64,000 nt of DNA from an uncultured virus (IMG/VR IMGVR_UViG_3300001282_000003) (Duplodnaviria; Heunggongvirae; Uroviricota; Caudoviricetes). The notes beneath the pieces are model-generated. The model worked only from the letters and a program-made list of their open reading frames with translations. It made no database searches and was not told where the DNA came from. This document shows positions 61,438-64,000 of this stretch, piece after piece. Each line of letters starts with the position of its first letter. The first letter of the stretch is position 1. A program made the position numbers and the translations under genes. The stretch lies in the IMG/VR virus record IMGVR_UViG_3300001282_000003; one strand, written 5' to 3'.

Positions 61438-61944
61438 TTATTGCTTATATCTTTGTGCGTTTTGAATTTCTAAATAAGCTTTTATATCTTCATATCTAAC
61501 AGCACCTGGATTAAATGTTACCATTTCAGAATTACCTGTAGGTTTTGGTTCAACTTTCTTTTCAGTATTTGCTTTAATTCTTTCTTCGTGTTCTTCTTCA
61601 ACCTTTTTAAGAATATGACCTAGATAAAAATCTATTCCCTTTTCTCTTATTAATTCAAAATCAACATCAATCAAAAATTCTTCATTTTCAGGACCGACAT
61701 AGATAGCCATTACTGGATCTTTAATAAAAACGTCAGTATAAAATTTTATATCACCAACATTACCTTGTGCGTAAATAGTTGTTCTATATTGTGTGTTATA
61801 ATAATATGAAAATCTATCTTTATCATTAAATTCTCTATTACCATTTCTATCAACAGTAGCAGCGAGACCAAGATTAATCTTAAAATATCTACACTTTTTA
61901 ACTTCTTGTATTACAAATGTGTTTGTTACTACATTATATGCCAT
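61438..61944 (-). CDS. hypothetical late protein
   Basis: 168 aa; variant TTAATAAATA at 61949..61958. Confidence 0.7.
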   Translation of the reverse strand: MAYNVVTNTFVIQEVKKCRYFKINLGLAATVDRNGNREFNDKDRFSYYYNTQYRTTIYAQGNVGDIKFYTDVFIKDPVMAIYVGPENEEFLIDVDFELIREKGIDFYLGHILKKVEEEHEERIKANTEKKVEPKPTGNSEMVTFNPGAVRYEDIKAYLEIQNAQRYKQ

Positions 61945-61980
61945 ACATTATTTATTAAAAATCTAGATCTTCCTTAAAAT

Positions 61981-62007
61981 AAAAAAACCCTATGTTATAG
62001 GGTTTTT
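61981..62007 (-). terminator. intrinsic terminator
   Basis: AAAAACCCTAT-gtt-ATAGGGTTTTT. Confidence 0.8.
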
Positions 62008-62010
62008 AAT

Positions 62011-62595
62011 TTATTCTGTCTCAATTTCAAATTCTTCTTCATCACCAAACTTATCATCGATTTCGATTTTTAAGTCAATTAAAAATTCCTCATCAATATC
62101 TTTAATTTTAACATTTTTAGTTATTTGACCAATAACCTCAAATGTATCTAGATTATATTTTTTAAATTTAATGTAACACATTTCAATATTTTCATAAGAG
62201 AAGTCTTTAGTAGCATCTTTAGGCATAGCATCTTTAATATCAATTGCTAAGTAAAGATTATATGTTGCCTCATCATCTGTAAACTTGATAGTTAAAGAGT
62301 CATACATTTTTGAATATTTAGAAACCTCTGAACTATCTAATCTAACGCCTAAATCTTTTAAAGACATTTTAGATTTATCTCTACTTTCAGACTTAGCCTT
62401 TTGTATAGATTTACTACCGTCTTTTTCTTTTTCTAATTCATCAGCTGGTCCATTAACATCCGATTCACCTTCTTGAAACTCAAACATCTTATCAAACTTT
62501 CTCTTTAATTGGTTAAGTGCTATTTCAACATATGATTCAGGAGTATCATTCATAATCTCCTCGTTGATAAATTCTGAGTATTTTCTAATTTTCAT
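62011..62595 (-). CDS. hypothetical acidic protein with tag MKIRKYSEFINEE
   Basis: Shared N-terminal motif; TTAATATATA at 62600..62609. Confidence 0.78.
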   Translation of the reverse strand: MKIRKYSEFINEEIMNDTPESYVEIALNQLKRKFDKMFEFQEGESDVNGPADELEKEKDGSKSIQKAKSESRDKSKMSLKDLGVRLDSSEVSKYSKMYDSLTIKFTDDEATYNLYLAIDIKDAMPKDATKDFSYENIEMCYIKFKKYNLDTFEVIGQITKNVKIKDIDEEFLIDLKIEIDDKFGDEEEFEIETE

Positions 62596-62633
62596 AATGT
62601 ATATATTAAATATTATTCCTTATATTTGTATTT

Positions 62634-63560
62634 ATGATGAAGAATATCGGATATTGTTGTATTCCAATGGGATGTAACGAAGGTAAACCTAAAAAAGAAC
62701 ATATAACAGTTAATAGAGGTATGGTTCGTAGAACTTTTGATGCTAAAGGCTTGCCTTATGCTTCCGAGTTAATTATTGAGAATCTAAAAGATACTCTCAA
62801 AGTTCTAGACTATAATCTTAAAAATCATATCTATATCTATCGTTTGAGTTCAGACTCATTTCCATGGATGTCTGAATATGAATTCTCTGACTTACCAAAT
62901 TTCAAATTGATTCAAATTCTTATGGCTCAAATTGGTGAGAAGATTAAATCAAATAAAATTCGTGTGAGCTATCACCCAGGTCCTTTCAACGTTTTGGCAA
63001 GTGAGAATCCATCAGTTGTTGAGAAAACAATTAAAGAGTTAAATAAACACGCTGAATTAATGGATTTAATGAACTTAGACAAGACTACGTTCTATCCGAT
63101 AAACATTCATATCAATACAACTAAACCTACCAGAGAAGAAGCCGCAGTGCGTTTCTGTGAGCAGTTTGAGAACCTAAGTGAATCTTGTAAGTTAAGATTA
63201 GTTGTTGAGAATGATGATGGTCAAAATCAATACTCTGTAAAGATGTTACACGACTGGGTTCATACTAAGATTGGTATTCCAATTACTTTTGACCAACATC
63301 ACTTTAACTATGGTCCACAAGACCAATCAATGGAAGAAGCATTGAGATTAGCTCACTCTACTTGGAAAACAAGAGCCTTAACTCATATGAGTTCACCAAA
63401 AACATTAGAAGATACATCAGGAAAACAAACAGCACATGCCGATTATATTTATGAAGAAATTAAAACATTTGGTCTTGACTTTGATACAGAAATCGAAGCG
63501 AAAGCAAAAGACCTCGCAGTTATTAGATATAGAAATCAGTTTAAAGTTCTCAAAGGGTGA
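62634..63560 (+). CDS. uvsE: UV damage endonuclease UvdE/UvsE
   Basis: IGYCCI, YRLSSD.FPW, SYHPGPFNVLAS, INIH, RLVVENDD, IPITFD.HH, AHADYI, EIEAKAKD; TATATTTG upstream. Confidence 0.93.
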   Translation: MMKNIGYCCIPMGCNEGKPKKEHITVNRGMVRRTFDAKGLPYASELIIENLKDTLKVLDYNLKNHIYIYRLSSDSFPWMSEYEFSDLPNFKLIQILMAQIGEKIKSNKIRVSYHPGPFNVLASENPSVVEKTIKELNKHAELMDLMNLDKTTFYPINIHINTTKPTREEAAVRFCEQFENLSESCKLRLVVENDDGQNQYSVKMLHDWVHTKIGIPITFDQHHFNYGPQDQSMEEALRLAHSTWKTRALTHMSSPKTLEDTSGKQTAHADYIYEEIKTFGLDFDTEIEAKAKDLAVIRYRNQFKVLKG

Positions 63561-63792
63561 TCGTGTTGTTATTGTGACACGAGCTTATGAGGATCTTAAA
63601 TATCGAGTAGGTTCGGTGGTTGCTGCTAAAGATACACTGGAATTTAACTCATATAGAGTTGAACTAGATTTATATCCAAGTGGATATCAATTAAAACAAC
63701 ATTTAATACCTATTATTTTTGCTGAAGAAGAACTTCAGTTTGAAGATACATCTAAAGAAAGAGATTGGAAGTTAAAACAAGTTCTAAAATGA
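63436..63792 (+). CDS. hypothetical SH3/KOW-like protein with C-terminal ERDWKLKQVL tag (start uncertain)
   Basis: FSKGDRVVI...GSV...YRVEL...FAEEEL; the listed start overlaps uvsE by 125 nt. Confidence 0.55.
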   Translation: MPIIFMKKLKHLVLTLIQKSKRKQKTSQLLDIEISLKFSKGDRVVIVTRAYEDLKYRVGSVVAAKDTLEFNSYRVELDLYPSGYQLKQHLIPIIFAEEELQFEDTSKERDWKLKQVLK

Positions 63793-64000
63793 TAAAAAAA
63801 ATACTTTCTATATTCAAAAATAAAGAAGAAGAAATTTATGGTTTTGTTAAATATAACAGAGGTGATGAAGTCAAAGTAACTATTTACTCTGAGGTGCCAG
63901 AATTTTGGTATATTGGTAAAGTATTAGATATTAATGCTCGTTATGTTCTGCCAGATATTAAACAAAGTTGGAAAGTAGAATATTATGTTTCATTTAAGAA
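63789..64000 (+). CDS. hypothetical protein, partial (runs off the window)
   Basis: ATG overlaps the upstream TGA; open frame MIKKILSIFK...YNRGDEVKV to the end. Confidence 0.55.
   Translation, partial: MIKKILSIFKNKEEEIYGFVKYNRGDEVKVTIYSEVPEFWYIGKVLDINARYVLPDIKQSWKVEYYVSFK

Noticed and set aside
2411..62476. Short antisense or off-frame ORFs (e.g. 2411, 6611, 12837, 14217, 15648, 18220, 19373, 23845, 28121, 29557, 30578, 35871, 37415, 41783, 45928, 46004, 46330, 47242, 50663, 50985, 62285)
   Set aside because: They shadow well-supported genes and show no recognisable motifs
1..64000. Bacterial chromosome or eukaryotic giant virus origin
   Set aside because: gp32-, gp13- and gp19-like genes, Rnl1, an endolysin, bacterial promoters and intrinsic terminators indicate a large tailed phage
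1..64000. Stop-codon reassignment as seen in some huge phages
   Set aside because: Conserved genes are full length in the standard code; TAG ends clpC and TGA ends gmd and uvsE at the expected positions
1..64000. CRISPR arrays, tRNAs, rRNA genes, transposases or integrases
   Set aside because: No repeat-spacer periodicity, cloverleaf or transposase motif recognised by eye; the 23S match at 42227 is only 19 nt

Overview
AT-rich, densely coding 64 kb segment of a very large T4-like (jumbo/huge) tailed phage, read in the standard code. The host is most likely Bacteroidota: there are TTTG-N20-TAnnTTTG promoters, a GEVED-domain protein and Bacteroidota-like clpC/dnaK. Phage markers are a gp32-like SSB, a gp19-like tail tube protein, a gp13-like neck protein, an Rnl1-like RNA ligase, nrdB and an amidase endolysin. 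The first 26 kb holds CYTH, PTH2-like and clpC genes followed by a ~23 kb glycan biosynthesis/modification cluster. The rest mixes structural genes, a DnaK/DnaJ/GrpE set, nucleotide metabolism and many hypothetical proteins. Main observations: (1) about 16 unrelated proteins share an N-terminal MKxLKxY/F..(F/I/N)xE-S tag resembling the T4 capsid-targeting sequence, sit behind a TTAATATATA late-type promoter, and include probable counter-defence enzymes; (2) a ~90 nt structured non-coding unit has its own late promoter and terminator and is complementary at 17/19 nt to 23S rRNA helix 69; (3) a separate set of about 7 proteins shares a C-terminal R-[DEN]-x-x-[IL]-x-x-[ILV]-[LFI] tag; (4) a stand-alone mini-protein resembles the major capsid spine helix. 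All assignments come from motif recognition by eye; no searches were run.
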